From Marsupella aquatica (Eukaryota; Plantae; Marchantiophyta): a DNA stretch of 64,000 bases. Made by a program: the position numbers and the translations under genes. Under the pieces are notes generated by a model. It ran no database searches. It was not told the DNA's origin and saw only the letters and a list, made by a program, of their open reading frames with translations. The stretch spans positions 10,241,525-10,305,524 of the forward strand of contig OZ316896.1 of assembly GCA_973895155.1 (NCBI GenBank), in the 5' to 3' direction. Position 1 is the stretch's first letter; every line of letters begins with the position of its first letter. Below are positions 12,872 through 27,330 of this stretch, one piece after another.

Positions 12872-13995
12872 CATCCCAAATCTCGACTGCGCAGGAGACA
12901 GGAGCTAGAAGCAGACGTCTGATGATCGGGAAACATATACGAGCGTAGCTAGAATTGAAAAAAGGAGAGCTGTATGTGACTGGACATACGCGCTCGAACA
13001 CAAGAGGGATACAAATGTACAATACCATCAATTGCAGAAATGAAGACCCTGAAAAAGGGGCGAACAGACGGATGCAGTGCAAATGAGGTGGCGCGGCTGC
13101 CGATACACAAAGGGCTGGCTGCGTACGTCCCGCTTGTCACAGTACTCCAGATTCCGTCAGGCGCTGGCTCGCCGACTGAATAGATTCGTCGCTGTCTTCG
13201 CTATTCTTGCTGATTGAATTTCAATCTGACCACGAATATCTGTAAGGGATGTCCTGTCATGTCAACATCGACCCTGACTAGTGCCAACAAGATGTTACTG
13301 TCGCTGGTCCAAAGGTAGGGAATCAGCCTGACGATGAGAAGAGGACAGGAAAACAAGCCATGGAAATCGGTTGGAGACTAGCTACGAGGCAGTTCGTAAC
13401 TTCCACTCTTGTATATATTCCGGATCTGATTACCGACCTAGTCACCACCCGTCACGCCTGAGAGAGTTGTAATCAGCGATGTCATTATACTCGATGCAAG
13501 CCGCCTGAGAGAGTTGTAATCAGCGATGTCATTATACTCGATGCAAGCTTGCAGGCGTTCAATACTGACCAACACCATGGCTGGTAGACAGAACATTAGA
13601 CATCAAATTAGACAGATCTGACTAGAAATCACCTTCGCGTCTGAGAGTGTAGAAATCAGCGATGCTGAGATTCTAATCCGGGCTACCAGCGGCTCAATGT
13701 ACCTTTCCCTGTGAGTACAAGGAACTTTCCACCAATTAACCATGAATATCATCTCCCATAGCCGTCGCAAGTGGCCATGATCGTCTAATGATATTCCATG
13801 GGATTCTCGATGGGATTGCAGTGCGGAAGCCCAGCTTCCGAGTGCAGGCATGGGTGACCCGGGAAAAACCGATTCAGCTCTCAGTTAGAATTGCCAACAC
13901 ATTTTTTAAATTTATTTGTTCAGTGAAGGCCTTGAGTTCAAATGGCAGATGATATCTGCAAGCCCAAGACCCAACCTTAAAGGTAAGAATATTCT

Positions 13996-14317
13996 TGTAG
14001 AGATTAATTTAGTTTTGGGTCAACTATGATTAGTATATTAACTAGGGTTAGAGTAAACCCTAGTTGAAGAGTTGATTCTTATCTTTTCAACTTCTATGTG
14101 GTGTGAGTACACACAAGAGAGTTCTCAAAAGAGAACACACTGATATAGCAAAAGATGAGAGCTTGAAGAGATTAGAGCTATGGTGATGCTTGAGTAGACA
14201 CATAACCGTTAATAAATCTTGGTTTTCCCGTGGACTTAACCAACCTTGAGGCGAACCACGTAACTATTGAGCACGTGTATGTTTGGAGTGTTTTTCCTGA
14301 TCTGATTTCTCCTCACA
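13996..14317 (+). repeat. copia-1 5' LTR
   Basis: tgtagag...ctcaca, a direct repeat of 19717-20039 differing mostly by transitions. Confidence 0.95.
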
Positions 14318-14319
14318 AT

Positions 14320-14331
14320 TGGTATCAGAGC
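14320..14331 (+). promoter_or_regulatory. Primer-binding site (initiator tRNA-Met)
   Basis: tggtatcagagc 2 nt after the 5' LTR. Confidence 0.93.
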
Positions 14332-15486
14332 TCAGATTTTTTCAGTCGATTAGGAACTCCATAGAATTTGCTTCAAGCAAAGCAAACAACGGATAATTTT
14401 CTCTTCGAAGCGGAGCTATTGAAAGAAGATCGGACTCAATCTTCTCACAAGTGTGGAGCACACAACCAGGGGCTCATTTCAGTGAAGCAATGAAGGCCTG
14501 AGGTCAGAAACGGAAACAATTGTAAGTGACGGTTTTCAATTTACGTTATCGGGCAAGAGATAAGGTCAATTTATCAGATCAGTCTTTTTGATTGTTCTAT
14601 CGGGACTTGAAACTGAGATACGCTTGAGCGCCTTGTCTTTCTAGACGTTTCAATATCAACATCGTTGAAGTCCGTCAAACGGTTGAGAAGCAATCTTAAT
14701 TTCAATTCTCATTTTTTGAGCTCGAAATTTTGGCTATGACAGATAACTTAATATCAGCCACTTTCACCGAATTGTTTTTCCCTCATTACTCCACCGTTTG
14801 CAAATTCTTTATATCAATCTTGATGCCCTCAAAGTCTAGTTTATGAATCTGAAATCAGAATTGGATTTCGTCAAAAACTGAGACGAGAATTTGAGTGAAT
14901 CCGCCGATGGGTACTTTCTGCCGTGAGTAGTCGCGACTTCCGCGGACGCGCAAGGAGGTCAAAAACTTCGAGGAGGCCTTTTAGGGCTCGACAAGGCTCG
15001 GGCAGGGGGAAGTGCCCCCTGTGAAGTCCCCCACAGGGGCTGTACAAGGGCGGATGAAATTTCCTGAAAATATTCTTTTCCAGAGGCTTAAAGTTTTACC
15101 GAAGATCAAAGATTTCGAGTGGCAAATAAAATTGGATCAACTTCAACTTTTGGATATGCGTACTTGGGGAAGCTAGGCAAGTATTGGTGCGTTCAATTCT
15201 GAAAAAGTATACTAGTGGAATCTTTGGCATAAGAGATTCTCTCGAGGGGTAATTATTTCATCTTTTACCCCCCTCTGATCGGAGTAAAAATTCTCGGCAC
15301 TCGAGAGTCCATTTGACAAACCGTTTTCAGAATTTGGAGCGTTACCTTGTGGGCTACACATAGGAGTGATCAGTTTCAAAATTCACCAACTTTCAATTTT
15401 GGCCTTATTTTCACATCCCACATCTGAGCATTCAACATTTATTTCTTGTCGGAAGGCGACTCCACACTACATTTGGCATTCCAGTG

Positions 15487-18400
15487 ATGGCGACTACTAG
15501 GATTGGAGGTCAAAAGTTTAAGGAGGAAAAATTTGATGGTCGGATGGACTATACAATGTGGGAACGTAACATGAGAGATGCACTTAGGGCGATGGGCCTA
15601 GGCAAGGTACTAAGATCTCAACCCAAGGAGATGGAAGATGATGATTGACATGACTCCAGGATCAAGCGGTAAGTATTATTGGCATGTACTTGAAAAACAA
15701 TGTGAAGAAGTAGTTCGAGGAAAAAACAACACAAACGGTGACGGACTTGTTTCAAGCATTGTGCAACAAGTACTACAAGAAGGAGATGTCAAACCGAATG
15801 TATGCAAGCCTGAAGCTCATGCAATTCAAAATGGCTGATGGAGTCAAGATTCAAGATCATATCGATCAGTTCAATGATCTTGTGGTTGACCTAGAGAATT
15901 TGGGGCAGCATTTGAGCGAAGAAAAGAAAGCCTTACAACTCTTGAGCTCACTACCACCTTCGTACCAATCTTTGTCTCGAGTTTTTCTATTCCATGATAA
16001 GACAACTATATCCTACAATGATGTGGTGAGTGCCCTGTTGACCGATGACATGCAGTCTAAGCTGGTTTCTTCAGCTCATCCTACCTCAACCTCATCATCA
16101 ACAGCACTGTTGATAGAAAGAGGCAAATCAAGGGAACCATCTCATGAAAACAAAAGGTTTAACCCACTTCCCATGGAGCGAGGAAGGTTCCACAACCAAT
16201 CTTTTGGTAGGAGAAGGTTTAGATCCAGATCTAGATCTCGATCCAAATCACCATCCAAGTCTACTCGTGAGATAAAGTGTTGGAAGTGTGATAAAGTGGA
16301 CCACATGAAGAAGGATTGTCGCGTCAAAGACACATTCAAGGAAGTTGCCGGTTCTTCAGCCCAAGTAGTTGTTCGAGAAGAGGATAGTGAAGGATTTGCA
16401 TTACAGTGTACCACTTCCCAAGTTGAGGATTGTCAATGGATCTTGGATTTCGCTTGTTCGTATCACATGTGCTATATGCGTGAACTTTTCTCATCCTACA
16501 CTCTTATCAACGGATCTGTTTTGATGAGAAATAATTATTCTTGCAAAGTTTTAGGGATTGGATCCGTAAAGATTCAACTACCCGGTGGCAAGTACTGTAC
16601 TCTATCAAATGTCAGACACATTCCAGAAATGCGTAAGAATTTGATTTCTCTTGGCTACTTGGATGCGAAGGGTTATCAATGGAGTGCAATTGATGGGGTG
16701 TTAACAGTCACGCATGGATCAACTGAAGTTCTTATTGGCAAGAGGAAAAGAAATATCTATGTCTTGGAAGGCACCACACTTCTTGCCGAAGTCAATTTGG
16801 TCACATCTCAGGAGGAGAAAATCAATTTATGGCATGCTCGGCTTGGTCACATGAGTGAAAAAAGTTTGGAAATCTTACACAAGCGATATTTCCTACCAGG
16901 ATTGCAAGCATGCAAGTTGAGTTTTTGTGATCATTGCATTGTCAGCAAGAAAACAAGAACTCCATTTCCAACTGCCATTCATCATTCTAAAGTTGTACTT
17001 GAGTATATTCATTCCGATGTGTGGGGTCCTACTCCGGTTTCCTCACATTCAGGCAAACAATACTATGTATCGTTTATCGATGATTACTCAAGGTTTGTTT
17101 GGATTTATTTCATTGCCCATAAGTTTGAAGTGCTTTCCATCTTCAAACAATGGGTAGCTCAACTTGAGACACAGACTACAAAGAATGTGAGATATCTACA
17201 ATCAGATAATGGTGGTGAATACACCTCTGGCGAGTTCAACACGTATTGTGCAAATAAGGAAATTACTCACCATCTCACAATTGTGTACAATCCTGAGCAA
17301 AATGGTGTTGCTGAGCGACTCAACCGCACATTATTGGAGCGAGCAAGGAGCATGTTGAGCCACTCTAAATTGCCACAAATCTTTTGGGCGGAAGTTGTCA
17401 ACATAGCTGCTTATCTATTAAATCTCTCTCCTAGTCGGGCAATTACTTACAAAACCCCCTTTGAGCTATGACACAATTGACCTGCTGATTATTCAAAGCT
17501 TAGAGTTTTTGGTTGTGAAGCATATGCACATGTTCCTAGCAATAATATGACTAAGCTAGATCCTCGAGCCCATAAATGCATTTTTCTTGGTTATCAGCGT
17601 GATGTTATTAAAGGATATCGATTGTGGGATCCAGTTGATTGCAAGTTATTTGTTAGTCGGGATGTATCCTTCAATGAAGAAAAAATCATTGAAGGAGGGG
17701 GAGATAGATCAATTCCCTACTACTAACAAAGAGCAATCTCCTCTCTAGAGGATATAAGGGGAAAGGATGTGTCAGATAACGAATATGTTGACACCACTGT
17801 AAGGCAAAGCACACTACAATCAGATCAGCCAGAGTCTTTAGTGCGAAGAGGAACTCAAAAACATCAAGCCCGGGAAAGGTATGGAACTTGGCTTCCTTCT
17901 GATCAAGTGGATTTGGATGAAGAATCTATTGATGCATTGGTGACAGAAGATGGAGATCCATCCTCATTTTGAGAGGTCCTAGCTTCTATAGAGAAGCAAC
18001 AGTGGCAGGTGGCGATGTGCATGGAAATAAAATCACTTCATGATAACAAAACTTGGGAACTCACAAGTCTACCTAGTGACAAGCAGGTTGTTGACAGCAA
18101 GTGGGTGTATAGGAAGAAAGATGGACCCACGGAGGATGCTAAGAAGATATTTAAGGCTCGGTTGGTAGCCAAGGGTTTTACTCAACAAAAAGGTATAGAC
18201 TACAATGAAGTTTTTTCACCTGTAACAAAGTATTCAACAATACGTTTGCTATGTGCTCTTGTAGTTTTATTTGATCTGGTTTGAGATCAAATGGATGTTG
18301 TCACAGCATTCTTATATGGATCATTTGATGAGGTGATTTACATGAGGCAACTAGAGGGTTTTGTGCAAAAGGGCAAGGAAAATTTGGTATGCAGGTTGCT

Positions 18401-19514
18401 AAAATCCTTGTATGGATTAAAGCAGAGCCCATGCAAGGCAATGGAACAAGCGTTTTGATGAATTTTTAAAATCGCTTGGATTTATGCGAAGCGTGTATGA
18501 TCCATGTGTTTACATAAGGCGTGTGAACAACACAGGTTTTAAGCTTGACATCCTTGTACTTTATGTGGATGACATGCTCATTGCAGCACAGGATAGGGAC
18601 GAAGTTGATAAGCTTAAGGCCCAACTCAGTTCTGAGTTTAAGATGAAGGATTTGGGCACAGCCAAGAGGATCCTAGGCATGGAGATTGTCAGGGATGTTA
18701 ACAAAGCCAAACTTTGGCTGACGCAAAAAAGATATGCAGAGAAGGTACTCTCAAAATTCAACATGGCAGATGCTAAGGCTATGAGTGTTCCTTTGGCAAG
18801 ACATTTCAATATTTCTGTAGCATTTTGTCCATCGGATGCGACAGAAAAAAGTTTGATGTCCAAAGTTCCTTATGAAAATGCTGTGGGTAGTTTAATGTAT
18901 CTCATGGTATGCACTCGACCAGACATAGCTTATGCCGTTAGCAAGGTAAGCAGATACATGGCAAATCCAGGAAAAGTTCATTGGGAAGCAGTGAAATGGA
19001 TTTTGCGCTACATCAGAGGTTCCACTAAGAAGGGTTTATTGTTTGATACAAGTTCAAACAATATGAAAGTGCTTCAAGATTATGTGGATGCAGACTACGC
19101 AGTGATCTGGATAAAAGAAGATCGACAACTGGATATGTATTTACACTTGCTGGTGGATGCATTAGTTGGAAGTCTACTCTCCAAAAGTGTGTTGCAAAGT
19201 CTACTATGGATGTCGAGTATGTAGCGGCAGCAGAAGCAGCATCAGAGACCATTTGGTTGAAAAATCTTGTCACGGAGATGGGTTTATCATAGGAGTGTGT
19301 ATATCTTCATTGTGACAGTCAAAGTGCAATTTACACTGCCAAGAATCAGGTGATGGATGGCAGGGTCCGCTATCATTTCATCCGACAGGCATTATCGGAT
19401 GATGAATTTGAGCTTGTCAAGATTGATGAAAAGCTTAATCCAGCGGATGCTTTTACCAAAGTATTAGACTCCAATAGTTTTTCAAGGCATTGTAATTATT
19501 TACAAATATTGTAA
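15487..19514 (+). pseudogene. copia-1 gag-pol, disrupted by stops and frameshifts
   Basis: Zinc knuckle CWKCDKVDHMKKDC; protease WILDFACSYHM; LWHARLGHMSE; integrase HSDVWGP, SDNGGEY and PEQNGVAER; RT KARLVAKGFTQ and LYVDDML; RNase H region. Split into ORFs 15738-17471, 18009-18284 and 18484-19224. Confidence 0.95.
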
Positions 19515-19716
19515 ATATATAGTTAACCAAGAAAATGTCTCTATATGAGTACTCCATCCGATGGCTTATAGGCTACGGCTTAGTTCTAGTTAACCCTTGC
19601 ATTAGGGGGAGGGTCTTTTGGCCCTACTGTCTTGAACTTCCCGCGGATCGAGGAACTTGTAAGGAAAAGACAATGTTATGAACCCTCTCAAGACGTGAGT
19701 CAAGGGGGAGTTAATT

Positions 19717-20039
19717 TGTAGAGGTTAACTCAGTCTTGGGTTGAACTATGGTTAGTATGTTAACTAGGGTTAGAGTAAACCCTAGTTGAAGAGTTGGTCC
19801 TTATCTCTTCAACTTCTATGTGGTGTGAGTACACACAAGAGAGTTCTCAAGAGAGAACACAGTGATATAGCAAGAGATGAGAGCTTGAAGAGATGAGAGC
19901 TATGGTGATGCTTGAGTAGACACATAACCGTTAATAAATCTTGGTATTCCCGTGGACGTAGCCAACCTTGAGGCAAACCACGTAACTATTGAGCACGTGT
20001 ATGTTTGGAGTGTTTTTCCTGATCTGATTTCTCCCCACA
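19717..20039 (+). repeat. copia-1 3' LTR
   Basis: Follows the PPT, ends ...ccccaca and is followed by the TSD attct. Confidence 0.95.
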
Positions 20040-20483
20040 ATTCTCTTAGGGAGATGACCCAAAAGTGTGTATATCAATGGCAGTCAAACTGTTTGCTACC
20101 CATGTATTGCCTGCACAAACACACCTAATATATAATTAAATTGCTAACAAAAAATTCTATTGGATCACTTGTGAGGTGTAGACTGTAAAATTGACTCATA
20201 CATAGCACCCAAAACACATATTAGAATCAGGATTATAATACTTCTCAGAGAAAATCTGGTTGGTACCAAAGTTCAGTCAAATGCTTGTCCAATTACTATA
20301 ACCTATAATATAGTAATGATATTAACTTTGATTCAAACAAAAGTCAATAAAGAGTGAATGTTGGTCATATGTGGGATGTTTTAGATGTGGGGGAGACAAC
20401 TAGAGACATGAGAGGGAACTCTAGGGTATAGGGCTTTTGTTGTTAAGGACACATTCAAACTTTACTTAGATTGAGACCAAATT

Positions 20484-20848
20484 TGTTGAGCATAGATAAC
20501 ATTTACAATGACAAGCACATGAACCCTCCAACGCACAAGTAGTCAACACAAAAAGATATCTGTTTCACCTCAACTGAGGCTCTACGTTCACAGGAACACA
20601 TGAGAGTTTTATTGCAATGTAGGCCCGTCCATATCGAGTCTCCACAATACAAGATATCTCGCAAGATCGATCTCCATATCTCTGAACTGGCTCAGTAACA
20701 TCAACCCCCGCATCAAGCTTGAGTTCCTCCTATCCAAACAAACACCGCTTGAGATATAGTGTGCAAGTTAGTTAACCTAGTCTGCAACTAAGGTTAGCCC
20801 TAAATATGGTTAGAATCGTAACCATAGACTAAGAGTAAATGCCTAACA
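20484..20848 (-). mobile_element. Solo LTR related to the LTR at 62833-63176
   Basis: tgttgagcataga...cctaaca flanked by the 5-bp TSD AAATT (20479-20483 and 20849-20853); the paralogous sites near 49246 and 61899 lack it. Confidence 0.88.
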
Positions 20849-23699
20849 AAATTAAAGGTACGCTACAGACCATCACTTGTAAGCAAACTGGTCAGGCAAA
20901 ATAACAACCAAAGGAGGTGAGAACTTGTCACCCAAAGGTAGGATTGAGAGTGACTAAGTGGGTATAGCAAGTGTAGCTTGAGATTGAGCTACACTCCAGT
21001 TTAGCAAACTACACTAAAGGACCAATCTCCAAACGCATGAGAAAACTCAGGTTTTGCAAACTGCACTGATCATCAAAATTTATGCTAAGTAAGAATTAGA
21101 GTTAATAACATTAATATTGGTTAAAATGATCTTAAGTCCAAACTAAGTAACACTTATCTTTTCATTTGGTTTTTCAGAATAACTTTTTTCCACTTCTGTC
21201 TGATTGTTGGTAAAAAATTGGTGATCTTGTGTTACTGTAACACTAATTCTTGTGTATTTTTCAAAGTACTTTTTCTCCTCTATTTTTCCACTCTTGAAAC
21301 CACAGTAACTCTGTCACCAATTCATGGGTAGAGTCCAAAATGTTTGCTCTCAAATTAGTGTAACACTACTTAGGGTGAACAGTGTACAAATTTTCACAAT
21401 TTCACAGATTTTCAAGAAGCTATACTATCAATCAGGTCTAGGACAGATTTGAACCAAAAGTGGGAGCAACAAACCTGCAAAGCGTGAGGAAATGTTCTCT
21501 CTCTTCTCTGCTCAACCTGTTAGTTTGCTCTGGTCTTGCTTAATTGCTGATCGCTTTCTTGATGTAGGACAACTGTTTTTGTTTAGGTAAAGTTAAGCTC
21601 TTGCTGATACCCTTACATTGTAAAGGGTCTTTGAACTCTGTCCAAAAGTTTAATGTTGCAAAGGAACCGACTTACAGCAAGGAGGATGCAAGCCGGGATG
21701 CAAGCAAGGCAACAATAGCCTGCAGGGTGTCTCAAAGCTTCAATAGCAACTGAATCATGGCTTTGCACAGGGTTGTGTAAACGTTTTTTCTGAAGTCAGT
21801 GTCTTTTTTCACTATCCCGTACAGTGACTTTTTCTCCCTAACCTTAATTACTCCTAAACTCCATCAATTATATTTGAAGCTTTTAGACTCCCTAGAGAAA
21901 CGGCAAGAAAGGTGGAAACAGAAAAGTCCCACAATGTTACAACTCCAAAATTGAAAAGTTTTCCCTCTTCCGGTTCTGTTTCCTTCTTATGTGGAACAAA
22001 GCTCGAGTATGTGTAGCGCTGAGGTCCAGCATGGACAAGTTGCCTACTGTAGTTTATTTGCAGTATTGTGACTCAATATGTACATAAGTGACACATTTTG
22101 GGCAAACCTTGCTTGCCCCCGCAATTCGAGGAGGGAGGGAACCCCTTTTTGCACAAACCATCTATGACAGTCAGTTACAAATAACCCCATTAATCATTAG
22201 CTATATATTCATGGTTGGATAAAACACAGAGAAGTAGGATTGGACCGTATTTGAATTTCATATTGAAGATTCCCAATGCAAGGAATTGAACCAGTGGTTT
22301 GCAAAGTATGTATATCATTTGCACACGGAAGCAAATGGCCTTGAAGAAGTCGTCAAAGGGGGGCTCCACGCCAGTCTCAATCTACAGATTTGGTTCCCTC
22401 ATGCTGTTGGTTAATATCCAGAAATCATTGAGTACATATTGGTAGATACCTTCGCAACATCCACTCTGGTCCAATCCACTACCAAATTGATAGTTAGCAT
22501 GTCTCTGGTACTTTTGGAAGGCAAAATTTTGACTTCGTCCCTTACATACGAAAGTACTCGGTCAGTACTATCAGATTTAATGGACGTGCATACTAATTAA
22601 GTCAGTGACACTCTTATCCATGTTGCCAAAAAGGTGCAATCGATGGGCCTTAATTCGACAGCTCCCGTCTAAACCAATGCGTATTGAATTCTGATGGATC
22701 CACCACTAGCAAAATTCTTGGGACGCTTGGGATGAGATAAAAATAGTCGCAGTGAAAGTGAGCTTGCCAGCACTTGTTCCAGTTGACCGTTCACTCGTTG
22801 GGTCTGTGGTACTTGGGCACAGTTCCTCCAACACTTTTGGTTTCTTTCGTGACTTTCCCTTCATTTCTTCACGACAATCTAGTAAGTTATGGAGAGTAAG
22901 GATACAGGAGTAAGAATCGTAATTTGCCCTACGTCCACGGCCTCGAGTTTGCAAGTCTCCTTTGGCAGTGAATGGTTTCTGGAATGCTACTCCTTGTTGT
23001 GAACTTGCCAATCTCCTGACGTGCGGAAGCGAATCTGAGTTCCTGTACTCAGTTCACTACCTTGTCGGTGCTATCCCTCGGTCAAAGAACCGACACCTAT
23101 AATACGATGTCCAAGGTGCTGAATATTACGTGCACTGCATCCACCGATCCCGATCAACACTCATGTGCCACCAGTTATTGATTTATCAGCATCCAGTGAT
23201 TTTCTGGATTTCAACCATGAACACAAGGGGACTGAATGTTGCTGCGGACATTCTCTGCGTTTTATCCGACCCGAAATGTAGCAAAGGATTAAGAAGGTTA
23301 TTTGTATGATTTCCATCTCTGTAATAAGATGCTAGCTTTGTACACAAGGAGGTTCCCTCCCGCCCTAAGTTAAAGGGGCACACACGAGTTTTGCCCAACA
23401 TGTGGCACTAATGTACATGATACTAGTCACAATTATATGCGAAGTGTCCTCCAGTGGGTGACTTGTCTATGCTGGACCTCAGAGCTCCACATACTCGAGC
23501 TTCGTTCCACCGAGCCAGTGTCGATGTCGAGATGACTTTTGATCACATGGCAAATTCCAAGAGGACCCGAAAGGATTACACATTACTTGGAGAAAACTAA
23601 GGATCGAAATTAAAGGTAAAAGGGTTTGCTAGGCGATCTGGATGCAGTTGACAACCAGCCGCACTAGAGTATTTCGTCCACAATCCAGTACAATCCCGT

Positions 23700-25225
23700 C
23701 CAAATTAAAGAAGTTCTATGTCTTCTAGCTAACCGACCAAACAATTCCATGGTCTCATGTTCGACATCGTTAGCCTTTGCCGTTTGTTCTTGCTGACGAT
23801 GTGTTGCGTCGGCGTTCACATCATCCATGTTGTATTGCTGGCAACTGCAACTGCAACTGCTTGCTGAAATCATGATACTGCTGCCCGGTGAATTCGAATC
23901 ACGTCCCTTTAGGCACCACAGCTTTGTACTTGTAGATTAGCATCAGCAGGCCTTCGATACTTGAGCCTAATACCGAAACCTTGTGGTTACTTGGAATACC
24001 GAAGCCTTGTGGTTGCAATGGGCGGGCAAATCCGTAAACTCGAAATGAATTTTTTTTATGCACTCGTTGATGCGCTCTCGACGATGCTGTTCAGCCAGCC
24101 TATGTGCATAAGCAGTCCTAGTTCTTTTGCCGGTGCTGGGTTGTTCTGGAAGAAGTTAAGGGGTTCTGGAATTGCATCGAGACTTGGCACTCCCATTCTA
24201 CTTCGATGGCTTTCTCCTCTCCTGCAGCTAGCCGTTTGCTCCGGCAGGCTGGCCTCCCGTGACGGGTTCCTTCTGTCCTCTGGGATCGGACAGAGAGATG
24301 AGCTCTAGCTTGGCTCTGCGCGACTGCAACGTCGATGAAGCACCGAGAATTGCTTCTTGTTGTTAGTGTACACCGACTGCACTCCCATATATTCTGCTTC
24401 GCCTCTCCTCTCCTGCAGCTAGCCGTCTGCTAAGTTTTACCAGTGGCCCCATGCCACCGGCCAGCTAGTACTCTTGCTAATTTTAACAGCAGCCACATCG
24501 GGCCCCGATGCCCCGTCAGCCTGGTACTGTTGCTAATGTTCGACGAGGGCCGGCAAGCGGGTCCATGACCCGTGACTAGTACTCTTGCTAATTTTAGCAC
24601 CAGCCAAGAATTCTCGATTAACACATAGCCCCAACTTATACATGGTAGATGTGAAGTTGGTCTGATGCGGCAACCGTGAGCGGACAGATTTGGAATCTGG
24701 GACCAACAAAGCTGCAACACCAACGAAGCTATTCTGGTGAGCGGACAGATTTGGAAACCGGGAACAACAATTAAAGCTGCAACCCCAACGAATCTATTCT
24801 CGAGACCTCTAACTACAGCTGTACAGCAGGATGGGTCCTCCTACTTCGGAGGGCAAACGCAAAATGCAAGATGAGCACGTACCTTCACACGATGGGGACA
24901 GTAAGGATGATGTTGGACCAGAACCCCGTCCAGAATAGCCCAGAAGTAGGACTGCTGCGGCACATAGGTTGGCCGAAAAGCCTCGTTCGAGAGCCGCATC
25001 AACGGGTGCATTACAAAGTTTCATTTGGAGTTTACAGATTTGGCCGGCCATGATATATTCCAATCACAAGGCTGGTATTAGACTCAGGTATCGAAGGCCT
25101 GCTGATGCTCATCTCTAAATACAAAGCTCTGATGCCTAAAAGGAGGTAAAATTTCCAACACTTCACCGGGCAGCAATATCATGATTTCAGCATGCAGTTG
25201 CAGTTGCCAACAATACAACGTGAGG
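23700..25225. pseudogene. Head-to-head pair of decayed bHLH copies (minus about 23700-24180, plus about 24870-25225)
   Basis: DVNADATHRQQEQTAKANDVEHETMELFG on the minus strand; the plus copy has gtatcgaaggcctgctgatgct, the reverse complement of agcatcagcaggccttcgatac at about 23940-23960. Confidence 0.75.
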
Positions 25226-25239
25226 ATGATGAGCACATT

Positions 25240-27330
25240 GGACGTCAAGGAGCGATCTCCTGCCTGCATTGAAAACCCCACACGATTTCAGGCCAACGAG
25301 GATGCATGGGAGATTTCAGGGACTGGATATAAATTGTAAGTGAAATAAGCAGATGTTACCTAGATCTTCTAATTTAGTTCACGTACCAGGGAGATGACTT
25401 GGTCTTCAAACTAAAAGAACTGCAAGGAATTTGGGAATGCTTGATGCGATGGGATGCGAAGTACGTTCGAGGAACCTAAAACAAATAGCCCTACCGAGAT
25501 GTCAGTCCATCCGGAAAGAAGTTCAGCTAGCAGGATTTTAGTTCCCGAATTGAAACAATTCTGGAACTAATAACAACTTAGTAGAGAACTAAAATAAACA
25601 CGTACTTATCAAAAACACATGTCGACGCTCGTGGAGCCATAAGGCTGCAGTAGAAGCTGCTTTGATTGCTAGAGGAACTCCAGGTGACAGGCCTCAGACC
25701 GGAAACACAATACACAGAGCCGTCGATTATATTGCTGCAAAACGATAATTTCATATAGCTCGGTGAGAACTGTGCATGGTGCCTGTCAGCAATATGAAGG
25801 AAAAGATGAATCCAGGGTTGGTTCAGTACCTTCTCGACGTCATTCCCTCTTTCATTTCTCGACCTACACGAACTTTCAAGTATGGACATTTTCTTACACG
25901 GACTTAATTTCAAGATGCGCGTTACAACGTTGCGGGAATGTAGCCCGGCATCCTGCGCTTTTTCACAGCATCCTCAATAGTTACTTGCCTCGAGGTCTGC
26001 GAATCATAAGATTGATATATTAAGGAATGGAGAGAACAGCGTTTAGAGAACAGTTCTTAACATCAGCAACAACGGCTGTCACGAGAAATTAGGTCCTTAA
26101 GATCGGAACGTAATTATACGACAACGTACCTTCCGCGCGTCTCGATCTCTTGACCTGATCAATTAGTTTTCAAAAACTTACTGGGGTCATCGATCTCTGC
26201 CATAAGAACGTCAGGCTCGGCGGCCTTTTCCACAGCATCAAACAATTCTTATCCTTATTCATCCTTCGCTTCTTGATGGTGATTTGGAAGTGTCGCAACA
26301 ATTTTTGAGTTCCAGTATATATAGCTTCCTCCGCTGCTTACTGTAGCGAGCCTGATCCACAGAAAGGTTCCACAGTGATCTTTATTCTAGGATTCTATGG
26401 CCAGCGTCCACTAAATCCACTTCTAAGTAAACTTGTTTTCTACTCTGGGCATTTTTCAGCTGATCTATCGAATAGTGCAAGTGTGCAGACAAGATGCAAA
26501 CCTTCGCTCAAACGGGTTCGAAGCTAGTTCTTCCGCACGAACGGACCGGACCATAGAGGTACCGCCAGCAGATGTGATTCGATTGAAATTGACATTATTT
26601 TCCGTAAAACAAGCAGAAACTGCTCAAAGAGTACAATCACAAATTAATGAGAATTAAGCATGAAGGCGCAGAAATCGAACTACAATTATACGATTCATGA
26701 AGTTTGTGTTGAATTTTTTCCTGAAACAACTGAATGCAAGGGGTAGAACGAAAGGCGAATGCCAAATTTATTTAGAACGAATGTCAAAAATTCAAGAACG
26801 AATTCATGTTGAGAAGTCAAGACGAATGTCGCCAAGTCAAGATTGAACGAGCATACTCAAGATGCCAGACATTCTCGGCGCCCATGAAAAGGATCCATGA
26901 AATAAATTTCTAGACGACAGGCAGGTCGACCGAGTTACTACAACCTCCTCTTCTATATATATGCATCGAAAATCAAAGAGCTTTTACCATCCATATATGG
27001 TCCCAGTATAGCCCGATGATGAAGTTTGCCAGTGTAGGTGTTCCTTGGAGGCTCCATTTTCATCACTATCATGGCGTATCTATTGCTGAGATAACAGGAC
27101 CATTGGCCGTGAAGCTGAAGATCAAATCGCCTTCTATTGTAATTCGAATTGCAGATCGACGGCCACACAACTCCGCGTCATATCTGCACCGTTCAGAAGG
27201 AACACAACGACGAATGATGGAGAGAAATAAACAAACCATGAATCAGACAATCGCTGACTTCGGAAGTACTTGAGAACACCATGGCGAATAGAATCCTTTG
27301 TACTTAAGCTCGTCAAGAACAGTACCCAAT
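25240..27330 (-). pseudogene. BRCA2: 5'-truncated BRCA2 duplicate
   Basis: GSVYCVSGLRPVTWSSSSNQ (ORF 25578-25913) and colinearity with the 5' copy up to cttaagctcgtcaagaacagta. Confidence 0.85.

Larger units (their letters stand above)
13996..20039 (+). mobile_element. Full-length Ty1/copia LTR retrotransposon (copia-1), decayed
   Basis: TG...CA LTRs at 13996-14317 and 19717-20039; 5-bp TSD ATTCT (13991-13995 and 20040-20044); PBS tggtatcagagc at 14320-14331; PPT aagggggag at 19702-19710; domain order gag-PR-IN-RT-RH. Confidence 0.97.

Noticed and set aside
13455-13548. 47-bp tandem duplication cgcctgagagagttgtaatcagcgatgtcattatactcgatgcaagc
   Set aside because: Two copies only and single in the paralogs; simple local slippage.
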